Assembly (NCBI GenBank): GCA_963693365.1
Contig: CAVNZM010000007.1
Span: 6,445,962 to 6,509,961, forward strand
Source of the DNA: Amoebidium appalachense
Taxonomy: Eukaryota > Protista > Ichthyosporea
Reading direction: 5' to 3'
Length of the DNA stretch: 64,000 bases
The notes beneath the pieces were generated by a model. That model was not told the DNA's origin, made no database searches, and saw only the letters and a program-made list of their open reading frames with translations. This document shows positions 16,026-61,285 of the stretch, piece by piece (the stretch's first letter is position 1; every line of letters begins with the position of its first letter). The translations under genes and the position numbers were made by a program.

Positions 16026-16231
16026 GGGCCCCTCTTTCCACCGTGTTACGTACCATTACCCCCCCCCCCCCCCAAAAAAAAAAAAAAAAAAAAAAAAAGA
16101 AAGAAAGAAAAAACATAAATCATGAATAAAAATGGAATAAAATAACGAGAAAATAAGAATCCCCCCCCACCCCCCCCACCCCGGTTGAGATACATATACT
16201 TCCCATGTACCACGTGCCTTGTGTCATGTGA

Positions 16232-26366
<10,135 letters not shown>

Positions 26367-28468
26367 TTGAACTAACGGTGGCTCGTATCAAATCGGAAAA
26401 ATAAAAGAAAAGGCAAATCTCGTGTTGCATATGCTAGTTCAACAAATAAACCCTTTAACAAATCTCACTGTGTGTTGCTATGCACAGGGACTTAGGTATT
26501 GCTGCCAATCAATAAATCACCATGTTCATCATATTTCACTGTCACTGAGTTAGTCACTGAATAATCGGCCCAACGAGTGTGACACTGAGTAGGTATCAGA
26601 AGGCAAAATGTTCCGAGCTATTTCCTCAGAACGCAAAAAAAAACAAGGCCAACAAATACATGAATAAACGGTTATATAAGAAAGGAAAGTTTATGGCTGC
26701 ACTGAAATTGTGTATAACAGGCCCAGGCTCCAACTCTTTCTAGTTCTTTGCCGGTACCCTGAAAATAGGCTGCTGGGCTGAGCAACAATTGTGTTGGGTC
26801 TACTTTGTTTTCAGTTACTGTGCGTGACACTGTTGTTTCCGCTTGTTATGAGGTATTAAGTCGAACCACTTGCATGTGCATATACCCTTTATGACAGTTC
26901 TGATTTCCAAGTGGAATCAAAGGTAGTTTATGACGAGGAAAAAAGGGGAGGACAGATTTCGTGTCTTTGTGTTCACTTTTGTGCTCTCGAACCCAAGATA
27001 ATTCCACGTGTGTAAATGTGTTTGTAAGGAGTTTATAGACAGTTTCAATTAGTTATGCACATGCCTAAACATTTGTTCTCTCTCTATGTTGTTACTCTTG
27101 ACAGCTACAAAGAGGTGCATGCATGTGAAGTATGTATGAGGAAGGCTGTATTCAGGCAAAGGAGCCTTCAACGTCGGTGGCTCGTTTGGGCGGTTACTTT
27201 TTACTGCAACTCGATTTTAAATTGATTGGCTAACCGAATTGGACATACGTCTGCATGACATATCACTAGTGGTTCTGTGACTCGTTGGTCGCGGAGCATT
27301 ATCACACAGATATATACGCATCAATCATTCTTCATTACATTGGGATAGATAAAGCCTTCTTAGCCATATAGTATATACTGAGCCTGACAAAGTTCAGACC
27401 GACTCGCCTGCTGCTGGGCTTGGAAGCTTTTAAACCTCTACTGACGAATCAAAACATAAAAACAAAATATATAAACCAAGAATCTAGCCACCTTCCTGGG
27501 ATGAATTTATGTGAGAGAGAATCGTGATTGGTTCAAACTGCACCGTTTTGGAATGCGGTACAGTGCAAGATGGCCCGTGCTGCCGTGCATGCCTGTACAA
27601 TGGTCCATCAAATTTTATAATAACTAACTAACAAATAAGTAATTATATAGGGGACTTATGAATAACAAGGATATATAAACTGTTAATAAACGTGGCTGTT
27701 GCTTTCTAATTTCCGCGCTCAGGCATATTCTCACCAATGTCAGTGCTTGGCAGCTCTGGCAAAGATTTCGAACCACACCACCAAATAAGGCAAATACGCG
27801 CTCAGAGTCCAGGGCGCCAAAATGCTTGTGCCAACAGCTTCTTCAAGTTGAGCCGCTTCCAGTGGCAGAGTCATGATCAGCTTGGGGTCACGGTGGAGAA
27901 AAAATTCAAGTTGGAGTGCATGCATAAGTGTGGGGCATAAAACAAGGCGTATATAGCTTTTATTTTTGCTTTTCTTCCTATATGATTATAGTTCCCCCAT
28001 TCGCGCTCCCCCCCCCCCCCCCCCCCCCCCTTTTCCCCCTTTACACCCCTCCTCCCCTCCTCCCCCTCCTCCCCCCTCCCCCCCCTTATCTCCCCCCCCC
28101 CCACACACAGGGCTCAGAACCCCCCACAGCCCCTGCCCCGCCGCTCCCTCCCTCCCCTTCCAAACACACCCACAGTCCCACACCCACACGCGCATGCGCG
28201 CACCGCACGTGCACGCACGCACACACACACACACACGCACACAGGCACACACGCACATACACATACCCACACACATACGCGCACACACACGCACACACAC
28301 TCAATGCACACACTAACAAACACAACCACACACCTTTGCCACACCTTTGTTTCCTTCGATTTACATCATCTACCACAATCATCGGCCGCTTCGGGACTTT
28401 CCTTACGAAAAAGTACTGGAGTCCTACCTTGCCAAGCAGTCATCTCTTTCACATCGCAAGCAGGCATC

Positions 28469-41892
<13,424 letters not shown>

Positions 41893-42666
41893 ATAGCCAT
41901 AAAAGGTTATTGGTGTAGTGTTATACTATAAATGCATTCATCGACTACTTATAGTGCTGCTTAGGTACTAAATGAATGTGACTTTTTAGGGAAAATAATA
42001 CCTGGGTCCGAGGAATGAAGTTTTACTAGTGTTCTGAATGCTTTTCATCAAAACTTGCTCTAAACAACTCCGTGCTCTAGACTTGTATGTTTGCTTTCTG
42101 CATTACGTAGCCCGGGTTTTCTACCGTGATAAAACTCAGTAGGACACACAGTTATTTCGTCATTTAACGATTTTTCTCACTTAATAAACAGCACATCCCC
42201 CCCCCCCCCCCCCCCCTCCCCCCCCCTCCCCCCCCCTCCCCCCCCCCCCCCCCCCCCCCTTTCTAGGCATACGGAAACCGAGATAATTGAGGTAGTTGGC
42301 TGGATGTATGACACCGTGTTTTGGGGGAGAGGCCCATAATTTTTCCTCCTGAACTTGATATGTCTGAATGTTCTGTGCTGCACCAGAATTTTGCACTTTG
42401 AGGAGGCGATTTGGCATTTACCCTAGCCCTCGTTTCAGTAAACGGGTAATTACCGATTCCTGCTCGTTGTTTTTATAGTTACATAAACCAAGTTTTTTAC
42501 CCGCCTGTGTATGCGAGATTTGCAGCCTACCTCTTTTTCTTTCTTTCTTTCTTTTCTTTTCTTTTCTTTTTCTTTTTTTTGGGGGGGGGGGGGGGGGGGG
42601 GAGGGAGGGAGGGAGGGGGGGGGGGGGGGGAGGGGGGGGGGGGGGGGGGGTGTGTATATGAATCGG

Positions 42667-42701
<35 letters not shown>

Positions 42702-44170
42702 TTTCCCCTCCCCAACTAAGTCTGGTTAGCTTTCCTCTCCCGCCCCCTCAAGATCTGTAAAGTTTTTTGTACCGCTGCCTTATTGCACCCAGTCTACGAG
42801 GCTCTCTCGGCCTCTTTTTTTTTTTTTTTTTTTTTTTTTTGCCTTTCTTTTTTTGACAGTTAGTTCTATTCGATAAGGGTTCCTGGTTTCTAGATTTTAT
42901 ATCCTTTGCAGGGCCAGTACATGTATATACCTTCAATATTGCACATTTGAGATTCCATATTTGACTGCACGGCCTTCGGATCCACTAGCACTCGCATGTA
43001 TCTTCCCCCCCCCCCCCCCCCCCCCCCCCTCCCCTCCCTCCTTCTCCCCCCAGTCCCCCATGGCCAACACAGACACACAACCGTTACAATAATGTGGGTT
43101 TGTGTGGACAGCTGCAGTAAGTCGCTCATGAGTGAAGCGACCTCTCTTTTTTGGTTTTAATATACCATTCAACTATACCGGTGCTGATTAAGTCTCCTGA
43201 ACATTGGAAGGTTCATTGAGTTATTATATATGACCACGTGCATATCTATATGCTAGATTTGGAAGAATTCTCATTTTGGGACGAACCCGCAGTGAAGGTG
43301 GGACTCTGATTGCTATAGCAACTTGCTTTGAGCCTCAGGCAGACATATGCATTTTAATTTATTTGTGTAAAATCGTGGCATCACTGGCAGACAGAGCCTA
43401 TTGGCAACAAAATTGTGGCTTAGTTAGCTTCACCGGATATCCAACGAGATACACCAAGTACGAAAATTCGTCCGGGAAAGGATAGAAATGGGAAAAGTCG
43501 TGCAACTTCAGTCATTCGTGTATGTACATAGCAGCGGCTAACAAGAGCAGGCTAGGCTACTTAGTCATAGCAACCTATATTTTCACTCTGATCCTACCAT
43601 CATGCTCATAATCTACATAATCACTATCATCAAACTAGGACAAAAAGATAGCCAGAACAGGACGGAACGGTCAAGCACCGCGCCCATGCATGAAGGACTT
43701 CATTCATGTCTATAAAAAATTCCTTTTAAGTAAAACAACAAACATATTGGATCAAATGCATGCGATATGCCGTGGTAGATTTCAGCAAAGAACTATAATT
43801 TAAATCCACGCTTACATTCCAGTGGTTGTGTCAAAACCCCACTCATCAAGGTAAGCTACCTGAGCGGTAAACCCGCGCGAAAAAGAGCAAAAAGGAAAAA
43901 GAGAGTCAAAGAAAATGTGAGGTGCCGATGTGTGCATGTGCGGAGGTAGATCACACGGAGCCACCCACTGCAAAACCTTCCATTCACCCAACCACACTCT
44001 CCCATTGGTCGCTCCCCAATCGGATCCACATCCCGCATTAACCATTGGCCAAACGCCAAATCTCAGATCCACCAATCGGATCCCACGTCATCCATTGGCC
44101 CGTCGCCAAATCCATGAACTTCCGACTCGTCCAACGTACCACACGATTGGCCAATCCCTAGTCGGATCCC

Positions 44171-52056
<7,886 letters not shown>

Positions 52057-52978
52057 GTTCGATATTGAAAGTGAGGGAATGAGTTTTGTTGCGAAAGTGC
52101 CAGAAAACGGTGTAAGAATGAGAGACAGGTGTATAAAGGGAACAGTGGACAGCAAATAACGCTTCGAAGAATACAATTGTAACAGGGAGGGTGCTGTGTC
52201 AATGCGCTCTTTTTTGAAGTTCGTGCGTGTGCGCGTAGCGGCGGTAGTTACTTAATTAACACAGTGACACAAGGAAACTGTCACTTTTGTCAACCTAACC
52301 CAACGAAGATGGTGACAGTGTCAACGTTAACAGCGTGCCAGATCCGGCTATGGTGTGTGATTTGTGCCGCAAATCTAGTGAGGAAGAGAAAGTGGTGTTT
52401 AAGCGATTAGGTTGCATGGAAATGTATAAAATGCAACACGGTTTGCTATAGTGTCTTTAGTTTTCATGCCCCATAGTTTTCATGCCCCATACAGTACGCG
52501 ATATGTTACGATGTTCAAGAGGGCTTCCGTGGAGTTTTCTCTGCGTTTTCTGGAGTCTTTCCACCAAGCAATTAGACCAAACTTCGAAAAAAAAACGCCC
52601 CGATAAAACGTTTAACATTACCAGCGGCTATTTCGGAATTTTAACTGGACCAAAATAAAGCTCAAATAGCTCGCCCACTCCATCCATCGGTCAATGCATC
52701 CACACCCTCATACCGCTAGCACGTCAAAACGCGAGCCCATTTCCTCCGAGTTTGAAGCTTCAAAAAAAAAAAAAGAGAAGGCAAAAAAAAAAAAAAAAAG
52801 GACATCGATAATTCGATATGCCGCTTTGTCCCAGCTGACAGGGCTCGAAAAACGCGGCTCACAATTTTCTCTTGCATTCCAAAGTTTGAGAAGCCAATCA
52901 GCAGATATGAGGTGTTTGGAAACCATATATGGCTAGACCTAAAATGCGTGACCAATCATTGGGCAGGGAGGCCGCAGG

Positions 52979-53012
<34 letters not shown>

Positions 53013-53074
53013 GGGGGGGGGGTCCCGGGGGGAAGGGGTGGGGGGTGGAGTGAGAGCCTCGAGCGACTCCGAGG

Positions 53075-53123
<49 letters not shown>

Positions 53124-53267
53124 GTGGGGGGAAGGGGGGGTGGGGGGGGGGGATAGGGGGGATCCAGAAATGAAAAGGGCCCGGGTAGGGAGGGGTGGGT
53201 GGGTGTAAAAAAGACAGACGGAGAGCGGAGGGCGGGGCGGAGGAGGGGGGAGGGAGGGGGAGAGAAG

Positions 53268-53346
<79 letters not shown>

Positions 53347-53959
53347 GAGAGAAAGCCGAGAGGGAGGAGGAGAGCTGACATGAGAGAGGGAGAGGGAGAG
53401 AGGGAGAGAGATTGAGAGGGAGAGGGAGGGAGAGAGAGAGGAGAGAGAGAGGGAGGGAGGGAGAGAGGAGGGGGGCATTGTCCGTATGTAGTCGTAATGC
53501 ATTACGACTACGTATACGGAAAGTCCTCTAGAGCATCGAGGAGGGCCTAGCCCATGAGATCACGGCACCAGGCCGAAGGGGCCATCTGTTGTCTCACGTA
53601 CTTTCCTCGCCTCATATTTAAATTTACACTAGTCTTATCATTTTCAGCCCAATCATCAATTGTTTTCATCTCTAAACCCACACGCAGAAACCAGTCCACC
53701 GGGGTGCAACCATGGATATGGCCATAAATTTATAAATGAAAGTGCTAGGCGAGTAGCACTACTTTCACTTCCTATTTCAAACACTCATTCTTATCTACCA
53801 CATACTGCTACTACTAGCACTAGTAGCCCGCATATACCGTGCAAACGTGCCATGCAATTTACCACCACAAACTGTAAAGCACCTACCCACACTACCACAA
53901 AACAATCATAGACAACACTAAAACACAACACTTAAATTTCGTATTATGTACATGTAACA

Positions 53960-54471
53960 TCAATGTGCCTGTGGTTTACCCCTGGGCAGCCCACCCTGCT
54001 CCAAGATAGTCTTTAGCTTGTTGACGTCACATGCCCTGATTGCCCCCTCTGATGCCGCCTGTTTTTTGACCACCTCGGCAGCCTCCTCCGGACTAAGACC
54101 GTATTTGTGCACCAGCCAAAGAGCAGACCCCATCCCGGCCCGCCCTTGCCCTGAAAAATGAAAAAAAACAAAAAAAAAAAAACATCAAATTATCAGTTTA
54201 ATATAAATACATGTATTACTATCACTAGCCTAATGTAGGGGTGTTTTTTTTTCTTTTTTCTTTTTTCTTTTTTATTTATTTATTTTTTTTATAAAAAAAA
54301 TTGAGGTTTTGATCCCCTTGTTGAAAAGACACCAGTGTTGGGAACGTACAGGTTCATAGCCAAGAAACATTGACTTAGGTTCTGCATCACCAGGGGATTA
54401 AGGTAACCCGGTAGGGGCTGAGAGAAAGAGCGAGGGCTCGATTTTTCATTTTTTATTTATTCACTTTTTTT

Positions 54472-54502
<31 letters not shown>

Positions 54503-54763
54503 GAGGGGGAGGGGGGGGAGGGGGGGGGGAGCAAGTGAGAGCCGGTTACTCCAGAGAAGAAGGGGGAGCACGGGGTGAGGTAATTGAGGCGGGGCGAGGG
54601 GTCAACAAGATTACTTTGGAATGACTGCTCGTCTCACTAAATGCATGGTCCAAATACCCACCAACAAATAAAGCAAAAGGTATAAAACCGTTGTGTTACT
54701 TTACAACAGAGTCTTTAGCTAGAACTGCCACAGTAGGTCCATCAAGGTTACCAACACGTCCAG

Positions 54764-54798
<35 letters not shown>

Positions 54799-54949
54799 GG
54801 GGAGCGGGAGGGGGGGGGGGGGGGGGGGGGGGGCTACTTACCCTGTGAGCAGTGAACAACAAACTTTTCACCATTTTCGTCGGCAGCCTGTGGATACAAA
54901 TCCCAGTCAGGTCCAAACATGCGCTCGATTTACACAAGTCCCTCCCTCC

Positions 54950-54986
<37 letters not shown>

Positions 54987-56194
54987 ACCCCTTCCCTCCC
55001 TCTCCCCACAAACACAAACACACACACACACACACACTGAAATAGTCATATTTCACAGCACATGCACATACAAACACATGCCAACCGAGGCCATGCATGG
55101 ACGCAAGCATAGACACACATATACCACCATGCACGAACATGCCCACACACGAACACACATTTCCTGCCCCCACCCCACTCCCTCCCATCCCCGAAAGTCC
55201 CTTAATCCCCCCCCCCCCCCCCCCCCCCCCCCACCCTTCCCCCACCCCTTAAGTATATACCCCCCTCCCTCCCGAACCACATATAAAGAGCCTCCTCCCC
55301 TCCCTCCCCCCCCTTCCCCCACCCACACACCTTCATGGCACCTAGGATCACGTCACGTGCGTTTGGGCTAAACACAGATGTCCGGGAATACTTGGTGGGG
55401 TCCATGCTGCAGAGTGAATAAAATTCTTAAAAAAACATAAAAATGCTGCTGAAAACCCTTGATTAGATGCCATGGCCAGGGAATAGAAGTGGAGTGGGGA
55501 GCAGGAGGACACATCGGGGGAAGAGGGGGGGAGGGGGGGGGGGGAAGGGGCGCGCATGGGGGGGGGGGGGGGGGGGGGGGGGGGGGAGGGGGGAGAACAG
55601 TGAGACTTGTGTTCTAAGGAATGAGGACGTGGCAAAGGTGGTTGCGTGGGAGAGACAGGAGGGGGGGGATGAGTGTGCATGTTCATGTGCTTTGGGGAAA
55701 GGGGAAGGTGGGGAAGGTGGGGGGGGGGGGGGGAGGGAGGAGCAAGGCCTGCTAAATGGAGTGCTATTTAGGAGGCCTTGAGGAGGAGGCAACACAGACA
55801 TGTTGGCAGAAATGGCAAACAACCATGTGCAAGCAACAAATGTTTCGACTATTTGTTTCTTTTCTTTTTCTTTCTTTTTTGGGCGGGGGGGGGGGGGAAG
55901 AGAGGAAGATGACATGTCCACTCCGCTAACACCCCCCCCCCCCCCCTCCTCGACACACACACACACACAGAACCCCTGCCCCCTGCGGACACACACACAC
56001 GCACAAACCAACCCCCCCCCCCCCCCCCAAAAAAAAAAAAAATAAATAAAAGGAAAAAATTAAAAAAGAACCACACACTACAGACATGACATAAATATGA
56101 AGACCTACTGTGGCATGTACACAAACAGACACACAAAGACACTCATCCGCCTGCCGATAACCCCCCTCCCCTTGCCCCCCCACCCCCACCCCCC

Positions 56195-56239
<45 letters not shown>

Positions 56240-57016
56240 CTCAATCACACACACCCGTTCTTTTCCAGCAGCTGCTCCATAGGCTCTTTGTACCACTCCA
56301 CCTCGTCGTCCCCCAACAGGGAAATCACACGAGTTACCCCCTTCTCCTTCATAAATGCCACCCACGCGGCAACATCATCATCTGTGAAAAGCCTACGTCA
56401 GCACGGATTCCAAGTGTTCTCTTGTACTGGTTTAGTACAAGGGGTAGCTGGGGGTGGTAAAAGTGGGCAAAGAATTTCCTCAGACAATCGTCTTCGAACT
56501 GATGAAAGTTGAAGACCTCACCAAATATGTACTACCTCCCACTCTTAACCTTGAAAAAAGGACATGGGGTTGGCAGGGTGTTACATAATGGGAAAGCACA
56601 TACCAAGAACCCTTGCTTGGTTCCTTTCGTCCTCTGACTGGCAAAAAGGGTGCGGGCAGTCATACAGGCACGCAGTTTGGAAGAGGGGGGGGGAGGGGGG
56701 GGGGAGAAAGAGAGAAGGATAAGAAGAGGGAGAGAGAGGAGAGATGAAAGAGAGGGAGGGAGGGAGGGAGGAAGGGAATGGGGGGGGGGAGGCGGCGAGG
56801 AGAGAGAGAGAGAGCCTCGAAGAGAGAGTGAGATTGAGAGAGGGGGGGGGGGGAGAGAGCAGAGAGAAGGATAGGGGGGTGGGGTGGGGGGGAGAGAGAG
56901 AAGAGAAGGAGAGACAGAGAGAGGGTAGAGGGAGAGGGAGAGAGGGGCAAAGGGGAAGAGAGAGTGAGCGACGGAGAGGGGGGGGGGGGGGGGGAGAGAG
57001 AGAGAGAAAGAGAAGA

Positions 57017-57075
<59 letters not shown>

Positions 57076-57151
57076 GAGAAGAGAGAGGGAGAGACAGACA
57101 GACACACACACAGTGAGAGAAAGAGAGAGTGTGTGTGTGCGTGTGCGTGTG

Positions 57152-57182
<31 letters not shown>

Positions 57183-57393
57183 TCAGTGTGTGTGTGTTTG
57201 ATGAGTCCGGAGATGTGAGGTGGCTACAGGAGTGCTGAGAACACTGGAGGGGAGAGAGCTGTGCCTCACGCGTACTTGGTACGGCCTTGGGGAATTCATT
57301 CTTTGGCGAATAGCCCGGACGGCACGACGTGAAAGCCTGCTCATCTTCCGGTGAGATGTGGGAGAAATTGTTTTCGGAGGTGTAGGAAGTCAT
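53960..57393 (-). CDS. Dual-specificity/protein-tyrosine phosphatase family protein (CX5R). Exons: 57393-57276 (alternative start 57453), 56381-56255, 55406-55331, 54887-54842, 54150-53960
   Basis: All junctions are GT-AG and in phase. The protein reads MTSYTSENNFS...SCRPGY...DDVAAWVAFMKEKGVTRVISLLGDDEVEWY...GEKFVVHCSQGQGRAGMGSALWLVHKYGLSPEEA, with an intact HCxxGxGR P-loop. Confidence 0.92.
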
Positions 57394-58787
57394 TTTGAAG
57401 GGTACAAGATTCCTTGTCTCAAGAGCAGGGTGTGAGGAAATGCTCGTGGGCATTTATATAGCTATGTGTGGGGGGAGAATAACCAATCACGCTCAACCCG
57501 TGGGTCTTCCTACACCTGTTACCAAAGACAAAAAAAAACAATTTCGAAGTCTAAAGAGAATCGAAGATACAATTTTTCTGCTGGAACCTAAGATCGACGG
57601 TCGGTAGCCCGGAGAACTTCGAACTTACCCATATATATAGGTGAATTAATGCCCTGCGAAAATGTAAGTCTACAAGACCCGTAATTCAAACTGTCTAAAT
57701 TTATCACAGATTTGGGATTGAACCCACCTAGTCTAGAAGACTTTGTACGATTAGATTGGTGTACCGAGCATCATATTCGCTGAGCCTGATTGGCTCTTTC
57801 AATGCGCCCTGGGGGCCTGGTCCAGGGCGTACGCCGCGTCGGCACCCCCAGGCCTGCACGTCCATAATAAGCTAGTAATTCCCTTGTTACATCGTTTTAT
57901 AATGCTATACTGTACAGTACAGTACATATATTACAGTAGAATACAGTATAATTGGGCACACGCACAATGGTATAAATACATGACTGCTGTTATGGCGGAT
58001 CCAGGGATCCAATCGCATCGTTTTAAAATTCTCAGATCATGTGTACGTGATGCAGCCGCGCCAGGGGCTGCAGAGAGCGGTAAGAACTTGAAAAAAAACA
58101 GAGAGGACGAGCCGGGGCCCAGGGGCCCACCGGTCAGAGAGTTAGCGCGCGAGGAGAGTTAGCAAAGGCAGAGCTAGGAAACGGAAACCAGTGCGCTAGT
58201 AGCGTATATACATGAGGGCAAAAACCCGTATTGCGCGAGGATCCGCCGAAGAGCCACTGTAAGTTAGGCACGGTTGGGCCGGGGAGAAAGAGAGCATCTC
58301 GACCGTATGCACTGCGGTGCTGTGGGCAACTGAGTTGAGTGTGAGGGATCACAAGCACTCTGCTTGGCCATATTGGCGTATGCACGGCTGAAGCTGTATT
58401 TCAGAGCTAAAAACGGGACAAGATAATTCTGGAAACCGCATAAAGAAATTCTGGTATAGCTAGGTCCTGACATGTTCTGAGACGCTTGACATACATCTGT
58501 CACCTACTCAGGTGACTCGTATTTTTCCTTACACACACAGCGAAAACTGGACTCTCGGGACCGTAGAGCCGCCGCGAGAGAAAGCATGCACGCGGTCGCG
58601 AGAGTGTAAGTGGGCGTGAGGCGAACGGCAAGTTCATAGCAGCCCAGGCACCGTCAGTACGTGCCAGGACATAACATATTCTCCGGGGCTTCCCTTGTGG
58701 ATAACGAAACACAGGACACATCGGCAGCACTACTAATGGTAACAAGGGGCCATCAAAATAGCTGCAGACATTAAGTAAGTTTGCTAG

Positions 58788-59372
58788 AATACTGCTGGTG
58801 GTGTGTTCCCCGTTAATGTTTCTGGGGGCTCATTGTCTCCATCCACTTGCATCTGCCACAACCAAGACCAATCTACGAGAATGACTGCAAGTTTCTACAG
58901 TGTTCTTCAATACAAATGCGCAGCCGACTACACCATCCACTATGGCATACTTGTTATCACACACACACAGGCCATATACCGCTATAGGCACGTAAAAGAA
59001 CTATACTTGTGGTTAGTAATATGCACTGTATTCCAGTTTTGTCTGTGCATGTTCATTACTTCATGCTACGGCATTTCACTCATCTACTGTGGTATGATGG
59101 GCCTCACCATCCCCCTTGCTAGGCAACAGAAGTTGGATTTGGATTTTTTCCTATTAGCAATCTTGTTTGCTTTTGGCACGATTGTGCCTTTGTCAGCCTT
59201 AACGGCACTTGCGCATGTACTTGCATTGTTTTGCGGTGTGTGTTATTGCATCCCATTGAGGTTGCGGTTTTTGAGAGATGAAATGGGAAGTCGAGAGGCA
59301 AGTCCCTTGACGAAGCGAATTCGAAAGGAATTGTGCCCCCTTTTGGTGATGTTTTTGGTCATTTTGGTTTAG
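58788..59372 (+). CDS. Multi-pass membrane protein exon, possibly a divergent rhomboid-superfamily protein; 5' exons not identified
   Basis: ~190-codon complex-sequence ORF with several hydrophobic helices. YGISL and ALAHVLALFCG are spaced like the rhomboid GxS and AHxxGxxxG motifs. A phase-0 acceptor (ttgctag) ends at 58787. Confidence 0.45.
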   Translation, partial: NTAGGVFPVNVSGGSLSPSTCICHNQDQSTRMTASFYSVLQYKCAADYTIHYGILVITHTQAIYRYRHVKELYLWLVICTVFQFCLCMFITSCYGISLIYCGMMGLTIPLARQQKLDLDFFLLAILFAFGTIVPLSALTALAHVLALFCGVCYCIPLRLRFLRDEMGSREASPLTKRIRKELCPLLVMFLVILV

Positions 59373-60161
59373 TGTCTGTTGTATCATATCGGGGAGGATA
59401 CTGTTGGAACGAAATTAGTACGATGATCTTACTAAGACCTTACGCATTGTTATAGTAGTTGTTAGCCGAATTAGTACGTCAAGTCTGGCTTAGGGCTGTT
59501 GTGAAATTGTGGGGATAAAAGGTACCGGCAGATGTGTTGCCATGGTCGTTGAGTTTAGGCACCGAACTACTTAGTAATAACCCCCCCCCCCCCCCCCCCC
59601 TCCCCCCCTTCAGTTTACAAGTCCCCCCCCCCCGCCTCTCCTCCCCCAAACCCTTTGGTTTACAGGTCCCCCCCCCCCCCCCCCCCCGTGTCCTCCACCC
59701 CTCCGGCCAACCCTTCCCCATCCCTCCCCAGATACTAGTATAGATTTTGCATCTGCATCTCGATCCACCATCCCGAGGCTCCTCCCCGAGTCTCGCCTGC
59801 CCTACCTGATATGTGCGCATGCTGTTGCAGTCACTGTACCGTTTCCAGGCCTTGCAGAACATATGGATTCTGATGGATCCATTGACACTACGTAGGATTG
59901 CAAACCCCCCCCCCCTCCCCCCTCCCTCCCTCCCTCCGATCCCCCTCTCCCCCAACCGGCCCCAGCCTGCCCGCCCACGTAAAATTTATTTAAACCGAGC
60001 TTAGTTTTCATCACTACCCATATCTGCCGCGGATGCATGATATTCAGTGAAAATACCCCCAACTAGCTGTTGAGAATCAAGCTATAGAGATGGCACGTGT
60101 GTTTGCTCCTCGAGTGGGTGGATTGGGGCCGGGCCGCGGGGCGGGGAGGCCCGGCGGGGCG

Positions 60162-60196
<35 letters not shown>

Positions 60197-60334
60197 TCCG
60201 GACTAGGAGGGGAGGGGCTAGCGCTAGCTAGGCACTCATTTCGAATTCTGCTGTCCCTTTTGGAGGCCCTGGGGTTTTGGCGAATGTTTGACAAAAAGAT
60301 CTCGAGAATTCTGAGCCACACACACACACTTTCA

Positions 60335-60424
<90 letters not shown>

Positions 60425-60977
60425 TCTCCCACTTCAATCCCCATATATCGCATCGCACACGCACACACTCTAGACAACACAAATACCAATAGCGGGCCAC
60501 AACATTCAGGGTGGGTGCACGTGTTGGTTGCGTTTGCCAAGTGTCTGCATGTCTCGGGTCGGGTCGGGTCGGCCCGGGGCGGCGGCGGCGGCGCCGGGGG
60601 GGAGGGGGGGGGGGTAGTGGGGGATTGTAATAGACAAAACTAAAAATATCTCGTCTGGTGCATGATAGTCTTGGACGTATGCACATGTACAGATGTAACT
60701 TTAGGCCCGAGAAAGTTCAAAAAGAGATGGCTGTGATGGTGGGACTCATTTTATTTACCCAACAAGACAAAATAAGTCAACTGAAGTTTAACGATAAGCA
60801 TGCATGCAAGAAAAATCATGTACAGGACCCCCCCCCCCCCCCCCCCCCCCCCTTTCCCTCCCTTTTTGATAATGTGTAGCACCATATCCCCCCCCCCCCC
60901 CCCCCCCCCTCCCCTCGAAAAAAAAAAAAAAATCCCAAATCCAGAAAATTACACTACTTGCCGTTCCAGACCCCGAA

Positions 60978-61188
60978 CTATGCAGTCACCGTTGCCGCCG
61001 CCGCGCCGTCCACAACCGGATTTTCCGGAACGAAAACCGGTTTTACGACATCCTCCAAGGGCACCACGTTGATGTATTTGCGCTCCTGGGGGTGTTTGTA
61101 CTGGCGGAGTTCCACGGTGTTGCGGGTGAATCGAACACGGCCGGCAACAAGCGCATAGATGGTGTAGTCACGCCCAAGACCAACCTGG

Positions 61189-61285
<97 letters not shown>

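Noticed and set aside
27737-27940. Short complex ORFs on both strands
   Set aside because: No motif and no consistent splice partners.
42180-43500. Possible small gene between the coiled-coil and Ctr genes
   Set aside because: Only short ORFs with no recognisable product or coherent exon chain.
57700-57745. tRNA-like GGGTTCAATCCC on the - strand
   Set aside because: It is an isolated T-arm motif with no cloverleaf.
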